64,000 nucleotides of DNA from Obrimoposthia wandeli (GCA_977020255.1 CDROCS010003797.1:248001-312000), one strand, 5' to 3'; counted from the first letter of the stretch, positions 31,941 through 43,287 are shown. Numbers and translations are program-made. Notes: generated by a model from the letters alone, not told the origin.

Positions 31941-32078
31941 AAGCTTGACCTTTTAAAATTGAAAATGCGGTAATAACAAAATTGCTATTACCGCTGATTT
32001 ACGCTGATTAAGTTAAGCGCCTTAGTAATAGCACTAAGCCGAGATAACTTCAGTTAGAAATAGCTTAAAGTTTAAAAA

Positions 32079-33983
32079 CTAAGCTTCAACTAGCATACGG
32101 CCGCGCATTTCCATGTGAAGTGCGTGACAGAACCAGTTACAGTAATACCATTGAACGCCTGGTTTGTTAGCCGTAAACGTTATAGAAGACGTTTGCTGTG
32201 GGCTAATTTCCATTTGTACACCATGGTTAGTCATACAAAAACCATGTGTTACATCTTCCACTTGGTCAAGGTTAGTAATAACCACGGTAACTTCATCGCC
32301 TAATTTAACTTTAAATTCAGACAAACCGTAAGTTGGTGCAATAGAAGTCATATAAACAGTAACTTTGTTTTTGCCTTTACGAATAACTTTGCTGTCGCTC
32401 ATTAAGTTAACGCCATCAGCTTTTGCGGTTGCTACTGTAGTCGCAAACATACGATCATCACGATCCCAAACTCTTTTCGTTTTGATTTTACTACGGTGTA
32501 CCATAATACAATCATGCGGTTCAGCGAATGTTGGGCCATCGTGTACCAATTTCATTTCGTCGCCAGAAATATCAAATAATTGATCGTTTTCTGGTTTAAG
32601 TGGGCCAGTCGGTAAAAATCTATCTTTCGAAAATTTACATAAAACCACTAACCATTTACCATCAGCATCACGTGACTCACCTTGTGACGTATGGTTGTGT
32701 CCCGGCTGGTAATGCACATCTACTTTTTGACGTAAGTAATTAACTTTTTCGCCGTTATGCGCTTTAATCGCATCTTCAACATTCCATTTCGCTACTTGGC
32801 TATCTAAAAATAGTGTGGTGTAAGCATTACCACGACCATCAAAGGCCGTATGTAGTGGACCTAAACCTAATTCTGGCTCAGCAATAACCGCATCACGTGG
32901 TTTGATTTTATTCGCAAATAAGTCATCAAATTTCGCAATAGAAATAATAGAAACCGTTGGTGATAATTTGCCATTAGCAACGAAATACTTGCCATCTGGT
33001 GAAGCGTTGATACCGTGCGGTGATTTAGGCACTGGGATATAACGTGTCAGTTCAGAGCCTTTACGACCATCTAAAACCGGGACGTTATTGCCATTATAAG
33101 TTTTAAATTTACCGGCTTTAACAGCAGCTTCACAACGCGCAAGACTAAAAACAACCACATGGTCACGTTCAGCAGTGATCATTTCACCTAAAGTCATACC
33201 CATTTCTGAGTTATATGAAGTTGACGCAAAATATTTGCCATCAAAGTCAGCGTCAGTGTTATCTAAGTTACCGTCAACCATGACTTGGAAAGCCACTTCC
33301 ATTGATTCGGCGTCAATCACGTTAAACAATGAACGGTAAGTGCTGACGTCTTCCATGCCACCTTTACCATCGTTATTCATCGGAATTTCAAATTCGCCAT
33401 TACAAATAACGTACTTAGTGTAAGGTACTTTTTGTACACGTAAACCGTGGATAGCTTGTACGTTAGGTACATGCAAAATTTTATCGGTTTTCATTACGTC
33501 ACAACGAATACGCGCTACACGGGTATTGGCTTTGTCATTAATGAAAACATATTTACCGTTATAGCGACCGTCAGTCATCGACATATGCGGATGATGACAA
33601 TCACCGGTTAAATATTCACTGTTGAGAATTTCTTTTGATTCGTTAGTTAAACCGTAACCCGTGGCATTATCAAGATTAAACACAGGAATACGCATCAGTT
33701 CACGCATTGACGGAACGCCCATCACACGTATTTCGCCGGAATGGCCACCCGACCAAAAGCCGTAATATTCATCTAAATCACCAGGGGCTACATGTGGCGA
33801 GTTCGCCGCTTCAGAGGCTCTTGCTTGTGCCATTGAAGTGAACATAGCGGCCGTCATTGGCGCAGCAACGGCACCAGCACCAATTAAGGCTGTTTTACCG
33901 AAAAATTTACGTCTGCTTTCACTTTCCAACTCAGGTTTGTTGGCATCGTTCATTGCGTTGGTATTGTTGTCATCATTAATCAT
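32079..33983 (-). CDS. nosZ: Nitrous-oxide reductase, clade I (Tat-exported)
   Basis: Tat motif SRRKFFG, CuZ His motifs (DCHHPH, PHG, EPHD), Cu[13 protein letters not shown]. Confidence 0.97.
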   Translation of the reverse strand: MINDDNNTNAMNDANKPELESESRRKFFGKTALIGAGAVAAPMTAAMFTSMAQARASEAANSPHVAPGDLDEYYGFWSGGHSGEIRVMGVPSMRELMRIPVFNLDNATGYGLTNESKEILNSEYLTGDCHHPHMSMTDGRYNGKYVFINDKANTRVARIRCDVMKTDKILHVPNVQAIHGLRVQKVPYTKYVICNGEFEIPMNNDGKGGMEDVSTYRSLFNVIDAESMEVAFQVMVDGNLDNTDADFDGKYFASTSYNSEMGMTLGEMITAERDHVVVFSLARCEAAVKAGKFKTYNGNNVPVLDGRKGSELTRYIPVPKSPHGINASPDGKYFVANGKLSPTVSIISIAKFDDLFANKIKPRDAVIAEPELGLGPLHTAFDGRGNAYTTLFLDSQVAKWNVEDAIKAHNGEKVNYLRQKVDVHYQPGHNHTSQGESRDADGKWLVVLCKFSKDRFLPTGPLKPENDQLFDISGDEMKLVHDGPTFAEPHDCIMVHRSKIKTKRVWDRDDRMFATTVATAKADGVNLMSDSKVIRKGKNKVTVYMTSIAPTYGLSEFKVKLGDEVTVVITNLDQVEDVTHGFCMTNHGVQMEISPQQTSSITFTANKPGVQWYYCNWFCHALHMEMRGRMLVEA

Positions 33984-34025
33984 CTGTTTTCTCCGTTGAT
34001 AGATTCTTTCAGTACTAATAAAGGG

Positions 34026-36155
34026 TTAACCGACATTGACTGCCGCTATTTCTTGTTCTTTATATTTGTTCTTTTTGTATTTTTGTTTTTTCAATGGTGG
34101 ACATTTGTCGTCATTGAAATACGTTACTTGGCAGTCCAAGCAGTAGTGACATTCGCGCATATTGATTTCACCGTCAGGATTAATCGCTTGAATTTCACAT
34201 TCTTTGGCACAGGTTTTACAAGGTTGACCACATTCAGGGCGGCGTCTTAACCAGCTAAATAAACGCACACTATTACTGGTAGAAAGCGCAGCACCTAGCG
34301 GACATAAGTAGCGACAGAAAAACTTACGATTAAAGACGTTAATGGTCAGTAAGATCAGCGCATATAAAATAAATGGCCATTCACGATCAAACTTCAGTAA
34401 GAATGTGGTTTTAAAAGGCTCAATTTCAGCAAACTGCTCAGCTAAGGCTAATGAGTCAAGCGACAAGGCAAATAGCCCGAGTAAAATTAAATATTTAATC
34501 GCCCATAAACGCTCATGCACCGCCCAAGGTAATTCAAATTGAGGAATTTTTATGTGACGAGCGAACACATTGATCAACTCTTGTAAGGCACCAAAAGGAC
34601 ACAACCAACCACAATACACCGCGCGTCCCCAGAGCAACATGGTGACAGCCGCAGCGCCCCACAGCATAAAGATCACAGGGTCGAGTAGGAATAAGTCCCA
34701 AGAGAAATCAGACACCAGTGCTTGCAAGAAAGTAAAGACGTTAACAATGGATAATTGTCCGCCCCAACTCCAGCCGATAAAAACAACCGTTATCACTAAA
34801 AAGCTATGGCGGAAATTGTGCATAAAGGTTGGGTGTCTAACCAAAATATCTTGAAAGAATAATGAAGCGAGTAACAACGTCATCAAAATAGATAAAACCA
34901 CCACTTCCGTGCGTTTATCCTGCCAGACTTGCTGCGTTAGTGTCAGCTCAGGCTCAGGCAAAATAAGTGGCGGACGGTTTAGGTATTGATCTAAGCCGTG
35001 GTAGCTACCTTTGAAGCTGGTAAATACACTATCTACTGCACCTATTTGACGACGAACGAGTAATTCGAACTGCCAATCAACACCTGGATTAAACTCTTGA
35101 TGCTCACGAACAATAAATAAGGACATTTCTTTGAAGCGTGGCACACCTTCGATGAATAAATCAGTGACGCGAATTTGGTCTAGATCACGAAAAGCAAAAG
35201 CACCGTCGTTTTGGAGAATTTGAATACGATCAAAAATACCGCCACGCACATAACCAGAGCCTTTAAACGAGTAGCCGTTCCCTAAAACAATAATGGCATG
35301 CTCATTAGGTTTTAACGTGTTCATCAGCCATTGATATTCACTATCACCGAGTAAGTTTCGCCCAACGGTTGGAATATCGGCCTGCGCATAATACACCTCG
35401 GCAAACATATCTGACTTTTGCTCAGGCGTAGCTTGTTCAATCGTTTCGGCTTCAGTACCAACAAAAGCTTCATCAACAGTTTTACGATTTAAATATAATT
35501 TTCGAACCGAACCATCACCCACCAGTGTTTGCCAGTCTGCTTTTTTATAAACCTCCGGCAATACCGTAGCCATCGGTTGTTTAATTTCTTCCGCTTCTTC
35601 GATAATACCTAATGAGCGTGCGACGATGGTGGCTGATTTAGTAATAGCAACGTTCATCACCATTACAGTTACTGTCGCACCAGATAAACCATCAAGGTGA
35701 ATGGTGTTACCTTTTTTATTACCACCAACTTTTAAGCGGTCGCTAACATTTAAGCCTGAGTATTGGTCTGAAAAAGCCCATAATTTTTTCTCAGGAATTC
35801 CCGCCAAAATAATAGGTTCATGATGCTCTAAAACTTTCGCGCCAACATAAACACCTTTAGGGTCTATGGCGACAAGCATATTAACCGGTTCGCCTGAGTA
35901 GGCTGGAATTCGGGCTAAGTCATTAGTTTCAAATGCATAGCCAATAATTTCTGTTTGTTGATAAATAGTCCAGACCAGCGGATCACCGACTTTGCCTGAA
36001 ACTTTAGTCGCTTGCGGGAAAATTTCATTGATCAGTGGCAGCGGATCTCTAGGCTCACTAACAAATAAGGCATGAGCAGAAAATTGCACTAAAAAAAGAA
36101 ATAGCACGGTAAATAACGATAACTGCTTGTTACGATACGACAAGGAAAATAGCAT
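34026..36155 (-). CDS. nosR: Membrane flavo/Fe-S protein NosR
   Basis: FMN-binding DGLSGATVT, YCGWLCPFG, FCRYLCPLG, CxxCxxC C-terminal clusters. Confidence 0.95.
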   Translation of the reverse strand: MLFSLSYRNKQLSLFTVLFLFLVQFSAHALFVSEPRDPLPLINEIFPQATKVSGKVGDPLVWTIYQQTEIIGYAFETNDLARIPAYSGEPVNMLVAIDPKGVYVGAKVLEHHEPIILAGIPEKKLWAFSDQYSGLNVSDRLKVGGNKKGNTIHLDGLSGATVTVMVMNVAITKSATIVARSLGIIEEAEEIKQPMATVLPEVYKKADWQTLVGDGSVRKLYLNRKTVDEAFVGTEAETIEQATPEQKSDMFAEVYYAQADIPTVGRNLLGDSEYQWLMNTLKPNEHAIIVLGNGYSFKGSGYVRGGIFDRIQILQNDGAFAFRDLDQIRVTDLFIEGVPRFKEMSLFIVREHQEFNPGVDWQFELLVRRQIGAVDSVFTSFKGSYHGLDQYLNRPPLILPEPELTLTQQVWQDKRTEVVVLSILMTLLLASLFFQDILVRHPTFMHNFRHSFLVITVVFIGWSWGGQLSIVNVFTFLQALVSDFSWDLFLLDPVIFMLWGAAAVTMLLWGRAVYCGWLCPFGALQELINVFARHIKIPQFELPWAVHERLWAIKYLILLGLFALSLDSLALAEQFAEIEPFKTTFLLKFDREWPFILYALILLTINVFNRKFFCRYLCPLGAALSTSNSVRLFSWLRRRPECGQPCKTCAKECEIQAINPDGEINMRECHYCLDCQVTYFNDDKCPPLKKQKYKKNKYKEQEIAAVNVG

Positions 36156-36228
36156 TGTAGTGTGGTACCTTCACGTGAATAATGAGCCTTAAATTCAGAG
36201 AAAATTAAAAATCTCTAACTTAGTCAAC

Positions 36229-36245
36229 TGCGACAATATGTCGCA
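36229..36245. promoter_or_regulatory. Perfect palindrome TGCGACA-N3-TGTCGCA (RegA/PrrA/RoxR-like site)
   Basis: Seen 74-90 bp upstream of the nosR start. Resembles the GCGNC...GNCGC consensus. Confidence 0.55.
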
Positions 36246-36273
36246 CATATTACGCTTCTCAAAATTTACAATG

Positions 36274-36287
36274 ATGACGTAGATCAA
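36274..36287. promoter_or_regulatory. FNR/DNR-like box upstream of nosR
   Basis: The minus strand reads TTGAT-CTAC-GTCAT, an 8/10 match to TTGAT-N4-ATCAA. Confidence 0.55.
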
Positions 36288-36599
36288 TAAACTCATGCTA
36301 TTACTGGACTAATAAACACACATTTTTTGTAGGGATATTTGATACTTAGCGCACTAAACTTGATGAATAAGTGCTATGTTGAAATGGGGAAAATCAGGTA
36401 ATTTAACTGAATTTTTATGAGGTTATCATGATATGAAACGACTCAAAAGACGCTTTAACTTTGCTTATTTCACATAAAAAAGGCTAATTTACAAGCAGAA
36501 ATTCACTCGGCTATTAAAGCCGAACATTGATGAACATAATTTATGACAATAGTTTATGCCAGAAATTTATAGCATATATTTATAGTAATAATTCACGGC

Positions 36600-36628
36600 A
36601 AAAAAAAGCCAATCACGATGATTGGCTT
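36600..36628 (-). terminator. Terminator of tyrS
   Basis: AAGCCAATCA-cga-TGATTGGCTT stem with a T-tract on the minus strand. Confidence 0.75.
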
Positions 36629-36687
36629 ATCTAAAAACACGCCAGCAAGTTTTGCTGACATGCTGATCGGCGTGTTTACCAGCGTAG

Positions 36688-37887
36688 TTACTTAAGCGTA
36701 ATCTTGGCAAACTTACGTTTACCCACTTGATAAACAGCGGTTGAACCGGCGCTGATCACTAATTTACTATCAGTGACTTTATCGCCATCAATTTTTGCTG
36801 CGCCTTGTTTTATCATGCGCAAGGCATCAGAGGTACTGGTTACTAAGCCGGCTTCTTTTAATAAGTTAGCAATGGCAATTTCACCATTTTCAGCTACGAT
36901 TTCCATTTCTGGCATATCGTCAGGTAAGGCACCTTTTTGGAAACGATTAATAAACTCTTGATGAGCAGCTTCTGCCGCGGCCGTGTCATGAAAGCGTGCA
37001 ATTAACTCTTTTGCTAAGTCAATTTTTACATCACGAGGGTTCGAGCCAGCAGCAATAGCTTCTTTGTAGCCATTGATAGTTTCAATAGGCTTAAAGCTTA
37101 GTAATTCATAGTAACGCCACATTAAATCATCAGAAATCGACATGATTTTGCCAAACATATCGTTTGGCGCATCCGTAATACCAATATAGTTATTTAATGA
37201 TTTAGACATTTTTTGTACGCCATCTAAACCTTCCAACAATGGCATCATCAGAACAGTTTGCGGGCGCTGACCTTCCGACTTTTGTAACTCACGGCCCATC
37301 AATAAATTAAACTTTTGATCGGTACCGCCTAATTCAACATCAGCTTCTAAAGCAACCGAATCCCAACCTTGCACAAGCGGGTACATAAACTCATGAATAG
37401 CAATGGCTTGGCCGCCTGCGTAACGCTTTTTAAAATCATCGCGTTCCATCATGCGGGCAACCGTTTGGCGCGAAGCCAATTTTAACATGCCTGCAGCGCC
37501 TAGTTTGTCCATCCAGGTTGAGTTAAAGGCGACCGTTGTTTTCGCTGGATCTAAAATTTTAAACACTTGCTCTTTGTAAGTTTCAGCATTCGAGAGAACG
37601 TCTTCTTTGGTTAGCGCTTTACGTGTTACGTTTTTACCGGTTGGATCGCCAATCATGCCAGTAAAGTCACCAATTAAGAAAATAACTTCATGGCCCTGCT
37701 GTTGAAACTGGCGCAGTTTGTTGATTAATACCGTATGACCAAGATGTAGATCTGGTGCTGTTGGATCAAAGCCCGCCTTGATTTTTAATGGCTTACCTTT
37801 TTTCAGTTTTTCCAACAATTCATCTTCTAACAAAATTTCTTCTGCACCGCGTTTTATTTCTTCAAACGCTTGGCTTACATCTGACAT
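36688..37887 (-). CDS. tyrS: Tyrosyl-tRNA synthetase
   Basis: [26 protein letters not shown] and a C-terminal S4 domain. Confidence 0.97.
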   Translation of the reverse strand: MSDVSQAFEEIKRGAEEILLEDELLEKLKKGKPLKIKAGFDPTAPDLHLGHTVLINKLRQFQQQGHEVIFLIGDFTGMIGDPTGKNVTRKALTKEDVLSNAETYKEQVFKILDPAKTTVAFNSTWMDKLGAAGMLKLASRQTVARMMERDDFKKRYAGGQAIAIHEFMYPLVQGWDSVALEADVELGGTDQKFNLLMGRELQKSEGQRPQTVLMMPLLEGLDGVQKMSKSLNNYIGITDAPNDMFGKIMSISDDLMWRYYELLSFKPIETINGYKEAIAAGSNPRDVKIDLAKELIARFHDTAAAEAAHQEFINRFQKGALPDDMPEMEIVAENGEIAIANLLKEAGLVTSTSDALRMIKQGAAKIDGDKVTDSKLVISAGSTAVYQVGKRKFAKITLK

Positions 37888-37956
37888 TTACTAAGCTCCA
37901 AAAGGCATGTTTATCAAACGGGACAACAAATTAGCCCACTTGGTATTAATAATTAA

Positions 37957-39477
37957 TTGACGAATTCTACTGCAATTTTCACTGTGGTGAAAACCCTATC
38001 ATTGTTTAGAAGGATATTATTTTGTTATAGTGAGCAACAAACGTCGTTTCAAAACTTTATCTATAGGTCTAGCTTTTTGAAAAATATAAAAAATTTATAT
38101 TTTGCCTTACCAAAACAGCACCAAATAATTATTACTTCGTGCGCCGCAGTGGTGCTCTTGTTATTAGTGGTTCCGTTAAAAAGTAGTAAGCAAGTATCAT
38201 CGAACAGCAATGGTGAATTTAAAATTGGCCAGCGCTACCAAGTAGCTATGCCTGAACAAGCCACCAATGTCATCACATCAACTCCTAGCATTCAATTACC
38301 CGTGAGACCAACTGACGCATTAGAAAATGAACAAGCACCGGAGCGTGATTTACCTAGTAATATTGAAGAAAGCGCTGCACAGTTACAATGGCAGTCGGTC
38401 AAAGTTAGAGGTGGTGATTCTCTAGCAAAAATATTCAAACGTAATGGCCTCAACGCCACTACAACCCATAAAGTGATCACGGCTCAAGGTGAAGGCAGTA
38501 AATTACTGAAAAAGATTCAAGTGGGCGATGTTATGCGCATAGGTAAAGACGATAACGGCAGCTTGGTTTCGCTTGAATATCCGCTGTCAAAAAACGAAAC
38601 CTTATTCGTTAATTTACAGAATGATCAATACCATGCTTACACTGAAAGTAAAACGGTTGAAGTACGTGAAGCTATTGCTCAAGGCGTTATTAAATCAAAC
38701 TTTTGGAATGCCGCCGCTGCCGCAGGCTTAAATGATGGGCAAATCATTAATTTAGCTAATGTATTTGGCTGGGATATAGATTTTGCTTTGGATATTCGTG
38801 CAGGTGATAGTTTTAATGTTATCTATGAAAATCAGTATATTGAAGGTGACTTTATTGGTACTGGTAACATAGTTGCCGCTGAATTTATTAACCAAGGCGA
38901 GTCTTTTCAAGCCATTCGTTTTACTGACGGTGAATATTACTCTGGTGAAGGCAGAAGTATGCGTAAAGCATTTTTGCGTGCGCCTGTGAGCTTTAAATAT
39001 ATAAGCTCTAATTTTAAACCTAAACGTTTTCATCCAGTACAGAAGCGTTGGAAGGCTCATCGTGGCACAGACTACGCGGCAAAAACAGGCACGCCAGTTG
39101 TTGCCGCAGGCAGTGGTAAAGTTACCCATTCCACTAAAAACAAATACAACGGAAATTATGTTTTTATTCAACATGGCAATGGCATAGTCACCAAGTATTT
39201 ACACTTTTCAAAGCGTGCGGTAAAACAAGGGCAACGTGTTAAGCAAGGCCAAGTTATTGGCTATGTTGGCTCAACAGGCTTAGCTGCAGGCCCGCATTTA
39301 CATTATGAATTTTTGCTGAATGGCGTGCATCGCAACCCGAGAACAGTAAAATTACCTGACGCAAAACCTATTAGTCAAAAATATAGAAAAGCCTTTGATC
39401 TGGTCGCGAAACAGCGACTTGCAGAGTTAACAGGTTCACGACGTATCATGCTCAGCATGCAACCAAGCGCAGAGTAA
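37957..39477 (+). CDS. M23 peptidoglycan DD-endopeptidase with OapA/LysM-like domain (MepM-like; true start may be TTG 38077)
   Basis: HRGTDYAA, YLHFS and GPHLHYEF zinc motifs. Lies between tyrS and anmK. Confidence 0.88.
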   Translation: MTNSTAIFTVVKTLSLFRRILFCYSEQQTSFQNFIYRSSFLKNIKNLYFALPKQHQIIITSCAAVVLLLLVVPLKSSKQVSSNSNGEFKIGQRYQVAMPEQATNVITSTPSIQLPVRPTDALENEQAPERDLPSNIEESAAQLQWQSVKVRGGDSLAKIFKRNGLNATTTHKVITAQGEGSKLLKKIQVGDVMRIGKDDNGSLVSLEYPLSKNETLFVNLQNDQYHAYTESKTVEVREAIAQGVIKSNFWNAAAAAGLNDGQIINLANVFGWDIDFALDIRAGDSFNVIYENQYIEGDFIGTGNIVAAEFINQGESFQAIRFTDGEYYSGEGRSMRKAFLRAPVSFKYISSNFKPKRFHPVQKRWKAHRGTDYAAKTGTPVVAAGSGKVTHSTKNKYNGNYVFIQHGNGIVTKYLHFSKRAVKQGQRVKQGQVIGYVGSTGLAAGPHLHYEFLLNGVHRNPRTVKLPDAKPISQKYRKAFDLVAKQRLAELTGSRRIMLSMQPSAE

Positions 39478-39478
39478 C

Positions 39479-40618
39479 ATGGCCAATAAATTACGTTATA
39501 TTGGCTTAATGTCTGGCACCAGCGCTGACGGCATTGATCTCGCCTTGGTCGAGTTTGATGATAATGCATCGCAACAAGCTAATGGCGCAAAATTAGTCGC
39601 TAGTTATTATCAGGCTTACGACAACGAAACTCAGCAAAAAATAATGAGTTTGTATAATACCAGCGATCATGAAATTGATCGCGCGGGCAGCCTAAACAGA
39701 GAATTAGCACAGCAATTTTCTCAAGCCATTTTACAATTTTTACAACAAGAAAACCTGTCTGCCCAAGATATCACCGCTATTGGCTCACATGGCCAGACTA
39801 TTCGTCACCGCCCAGTAAAAAGCCAACAAACAACAACACCTTTTACCCTGCAAATAGGCTGTTTACAAACTTTAGCCTTGTTAACTGGCATTCGGGTGGT
39901 AGGTGACTTTAGAACGAAAGATATTGCCTTAGGAGGCCAAGGTGCCCCCCTAGTGCCGGCTTTTCATCAGGCTATTTTCGGCTCCACTGAAAAAGACGTT
40001 TTTGTCGTCAATATTGGTGGCATTGCCAACATTACTTTTTTGCCGAAAAATAGTCCGGCTAAAACCACAGGTTTTGATACTGGGCCCGGTAATGCATTGA
40101 TGGATTACTGGTTTGCGCAACATCAAATTGGCCGTTATGACGCCGAAGGTCAATGGGCTAATTCGGGCAAAATATGTCCTGTGCTTTTACAAGCTATGCT
40201 CAGCGATCCTTACTTTATTCAACCCGCCCCTAAAAGTACGGGTCGTGAGTACTTTAATAGCCAATGGCTAACAAATTTTACCGATAATAGCCGCTTAGCA
40301 CCCGCCGATATTCAAGCGACATTAACCGCGTTAACTGCCGAAACTATCGCGCAAGAAATCAATCAATTAAGTACGAAGTCAGACGTATATATATGCGGTG
40401 GCGGCATTGAGAACAATTTCCTTATTTCACTTTTAAATCATAAACTTAACAAGCACAATATAGTGAATACTCATACAAAAAATATAAATAGTGATTCATT
40501 AGAGGCGATGGCATTTGCCTGGTTAGCCTTAGCATTTGATAAAAATATTTATGGCAACATTCCAGCAGTAACGGGGGCTAGCAAGCCAGCTGTTTTAGGG
40601 ATTAGTGTTCAGCCTTAA
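39479..40618 (+). CDS. anmK: Anhydro-N-acetylmuramic acid kinase
   Basis: GLMSGTSADGID, GSHGQTIRH, GGQGAPLVP, FDTGPGN, EAMAFAWLA motifs. Confidence 0.95.
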   Translation: MANKLRYIGLMSGTSADGIDLALVEFDDNASQQANGAKLVASYYQAYDNETQQKIMSLYNTSDHEIDRAGSLNRELAQQFSQAILQFLQQENLSAQDITAIGSHGQTIRHRPVKSQQTTTPFTLQIGCLQTLALLTGIRVVGDFRTKDIALGGQGAPLVPAFHQAIFGSTEKDVFVVNIGGIANITFLPKNSPAKTTGFDTGPGNALMDYWFAQHQIGRYDAEGQWANSGKICPVLLQAMLSDPYFIQPAPKSTGREYFNSQWLTNFTDNSRLAPADIQATLTALTAETIAQEINQLSTKSDVYICGGGIENNFLISLLNHKLNKHNIVNTHTKNINSDSLEAMAFAWLALAFDKNIYGNIPAVTGASKPAVLGISVQP

Positions 40619-40790
40619 AAATGACTAGATTTGCATAGTTTTCTGTTTATAATGATCGGTTCCTGTTGAAAAAAAGCACGTTATTTGCAGAATATTTGAA
40701 CTATCCTCACAAGGGTATTTCTAAGTAAATAATAGTATTTGCTTAATCGAATGCACTGTTCGATGTTCAACAATAAATGAGGAGGAAACT

Positions 40791-40982
40791 ATGGAATTTA
40801 ACGACATTCATATTGGCATGAAATGCGGTAGCAAAAAAGGTAGCGGTACCGTTACTTGGATTGATGGCTCAACCCGCACTATTTACATGGCAAATACCGA
40901 TAGCAATAACAGTTTTGAAGTCGACTTCGAAGAAATTATTGAAGACCCTCAAGCCCATAACAAAGAAGATATCTACTATTAA
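40791..40982 (+). CDS. Small acidic hypothetical protein (63 aa)
   Basis: Strong GAGGAGG RBS and its own terminator. Confidence 0.7.
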   Translation: MEFNDIHIGMKCGSKKGSGTVTWIDGSTRTIYMANTDSNNSFEVDFEEIIEDPQAHNKEDIYY

Positions 40983-41010
40983 GTTATTTTTAATTTGACT
41001 GTTTAGTGAT

Positions 41011-41035
41011 AAAAAAGCTCCTACGGGAGCTTTTT
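41011..41035 (+). terminator. Terminator after the small protein gene
   Basis: AAAAAGCTCC-tacg-GGAGCTTTTT. Confidence 0.75.
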
Positions 41036-41249
41036 ATTGTCTAAATTTTTATTGTTAACCAAAACTATGATGATAGTTTTTTACGCTATAGTGATCTATC
41101 AACTGCTTTGAACTGTATAACTACAATGAATAGGAATAGCACTGTTAAATAGCCAAAAAATAACGCTCTACACCACGAAAGAATAACGATCAAAACAATC
41201 AATCTTTATAGAAATTAAAGTCATCAATCGAAATACCCAAGGAGCAATA

Positions 41250-42146
41250 GTGAATATTCTTATTACTGGCGGTAGCGGCCTAATAGGCCAGGCATTGATT
41301 AAACGCTTGCAAGCCGATCGTATTATTGTTTTAACACGCAATCCTGAAAAATCTGCAAATATACTTCCTGATAATATTGAAGTAACAAGCTCTCTTGCTG
41401 AGGTCGACTTTAACAACCTTGATGTCGTAGTAAATTTAGCGGGTGAAGCTATTGTCGATAAACGGTGGTCGTCAACACAGAAAAATATTATTTGCCAAAG
41501 TCGCTGGCAGGTAACTCAAAACCTTGTTGATAAAATACATGCAGCAACGACGCCACCACATAGCTTTATATCGGGTAGTGCCATTGGCTTTTATGGTCGC
41601 CAAGGACCATCAGTAATTGATGAAGCTCATCAAGATATTCATGATGAATTTAGCCACCAAGTCTGTCAAAAGTGGGAAGCAATTGCTCAACAGGCTAGCT
41701 CTGATAAAACACGTGTGTGCCTGATCAGAACAGGTATAGTGCTAGCAAATAATGGCGGTGCATTGAGTAAAATGCTCCCCCCGTTTAAATTCGGTTTAGG
41801 TGGGCCAATTGCCAACGGAAAACAATTTATGTCGTGGATACATATTGACGACATGGTTTCGGTGTTACTAGCGGCTATTGAAAATCCGGCTTTATCAGGT
41901 GCTATTAATGCAACAGCACCTAAAGCGGTATCTAATCAGGAATTTTCAGAAACCTTAAGCACTGTGCTCTCACGTCCTTGTATCTTCAGAGTTCCGGCCT
42001 TTGTCTTACGTATGTTATTAGGCGAATCAGCAGACTTAATCTTATACGGGCAAAATGTACTGCCAAAAAAGCTATTAGATAATAACTTTGAATTTCAACA
42101 TCCTTCTTTACAGAAAGCCTTAACACAGCTACTACTTAAGTCATAA
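41250..42146 (+). CDS. TIGR01777-family epimerase/oxidoreductase (YfcH-like)
   Basis: ILITGGSGLIG, VNLAGE, SGSAIGFYG, QFMSWIHIDD motifs. Confidence 0.9.
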   Translation: MNILITGGSGLIGQALIKRLQADRIIVLTRNPEKSANILPDNIEVTSSLAEVDFNNLDVVVNLAGEAIVDKRWSSTQKNIICQSRWQVTQNLVDKIHAATTPPHSFISGSAIGFYGRQGPSVIDEAHQDIHDEFSHQVCQKWEAIAQQASSDKTRVCLIRTGIVLANNGGALSKMLPPFKFGLGGPIANGKQFMSWIHIDDMVSVLLAAIENPALSGAINATAPKAVSNQEFSETLSTVLSRPCIFRVPAFVLRMLLGESADLILYGQNVLPKKLLDNNFEFQHPSLQKALTQLLLKS

Positions 42147-42173
42147 AAAAATTGATGTCATCTAGGTTGTGCT

Positions 42174-42578
42174 TTGGAAACAGCTTTTATTCCACACGGA
42201 AAATGTACTTATAGCGTTGACGGGGACATTATCACCATCAATGCTATCGGTCCTTGGAATTTAGAGTTTTTTATGCAAATGCATATCGAGCTTGCAGATA
42301 TAATTTTAACGAAAGTCGATATTAAAAATTTTGCGATATTACTGATATTAGAGGGAGATTCATTAGCCGCACAAGATGGTTTAGATTATCACCTGAATTT
42401 AGTCAGAACTGGGCCAACAAAAGCGATTGCGATTAACTCAGCCCTAAGTAATGCACCAAAAATAACACAAAGTGTTTTCAAAAAAGTTTATGATCAAGCA
42501 AGGCTAAAAAATAACGTTTTTGACTGCTGCGAAGTAGCAAAAGTCTGGTTAGCAACGCAATTAAATACAAAGCATTAG
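42174..42578 (+). CDS. Hypothetical protein, possibly STAS/SEC14 (SpoIIAA-like) fold
   Basis: 134-aa ORF with HGK...INAIGPWN and a terminal A..WL pattern. Fold is inferred. Confidence 0.55.
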   Translation: METAFIPHGKCTYSVDGDIITINAIGPWNLEFFMQMHIELADIILTKVDIKNFAILLILEGDSLAAQDGLDYHLNLVRTGPTKAIAINSALSNAPKITQSVFKKVYDQARLKNNVFDCCEVAKVWLATQLNTKH

Positions 42579-42605
42579 CGCTTATTGCTCATTATTACTT
42601 ATCTG

Positions 42606-42974
42606 CTATTTACCAAAAATAGTATTGCCTGCCCAAGCGCGTATTAATGCCCAAACAGCCATAACAATAAACAGAGTGTGCACTAGTACAAAGTAAGTAA
42701 TAACAAAAACCCAAGTCCAGCCAGAATCAAAGCCACCTAGCAATATCATCAAGATGCTAACCAAAATCAACGCACCTGCCGCCAACAGGTTCAATTTAAC
42801 CGCAAACTTCAAATGACAATCAGCCAAACTATTATTGTCAACTTTACCTAATTTTAGCAACAGCATAATAAATGCTAGTGCTGGCAAAAATGTTAGGTTT
42901 AATATCGACCATAAGGCAATACTAGACGCTTGCTTTATCTGTTCTTTAGTTTGTATTCTTGCTTGTAAATTCAT
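42606..42974 (-). CDS. 3-TM hypothetical membrane protein, third gene of the norE/F-like operon
   Basis: Hydrophobic 122-aa ORF, co-oriented, with an AAGGAG RBS. Confidence 0.7.
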   Translation of the reverse strand: MNLQARIQTKEQIKQASSIALWSILNLTFLPALAFIMLLLKLGKVDNNSLADCHLKFAVKLNLLAAGALILVSILMILLGGFDSGWTWVFVITYFVLVHTLFIVMAVWALIRAWAGNTIFGK

Positions 42975-43024
42975 GGCTAACTCCTTGTTAAAAAATATAA
43001 CTAGCTAATTAATTTTTAACCTTG

Positions 43025-43279
43025 CTAGAAAAATATTGTCGCTATAATCATCGCTGGAAAAATAATAAAATATAAGCGCATTAGTCGCCGTAAATTTTTA
43101 TTCGCATGCTTCAATTCCATAAAATGATCAACAATAGCAAAGCCTTTATACATTACAGTTAACCCAACTAAAACACTGACAAATGCGGTGGAAGTAAACT
43201 GCTCACCTAAAAAAGTATTAAATAAAGTCATGACGATTAATATAACCCAGTACCATTCTAAACTAAGTGATTTATTCAT
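43025..43279 (-). CDS. Cytochrome c oxidase subunit IV-like / NorF-like protein
   Basis: KGFAIVDHFMELKHA motif and 3 TM. Start at MNKS (43279). Confidence 0.75.
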   Translation of the reverse strand: MNKSLSLEWYWVILIVMTLFNTFLGEQFTSTAFVSVLVGLTVMYKGFAIVDHFMELKHANKNLRRLMRLYFIIFPAMIIATIFF

Positions 43280-43287
43280 TTGAACCT

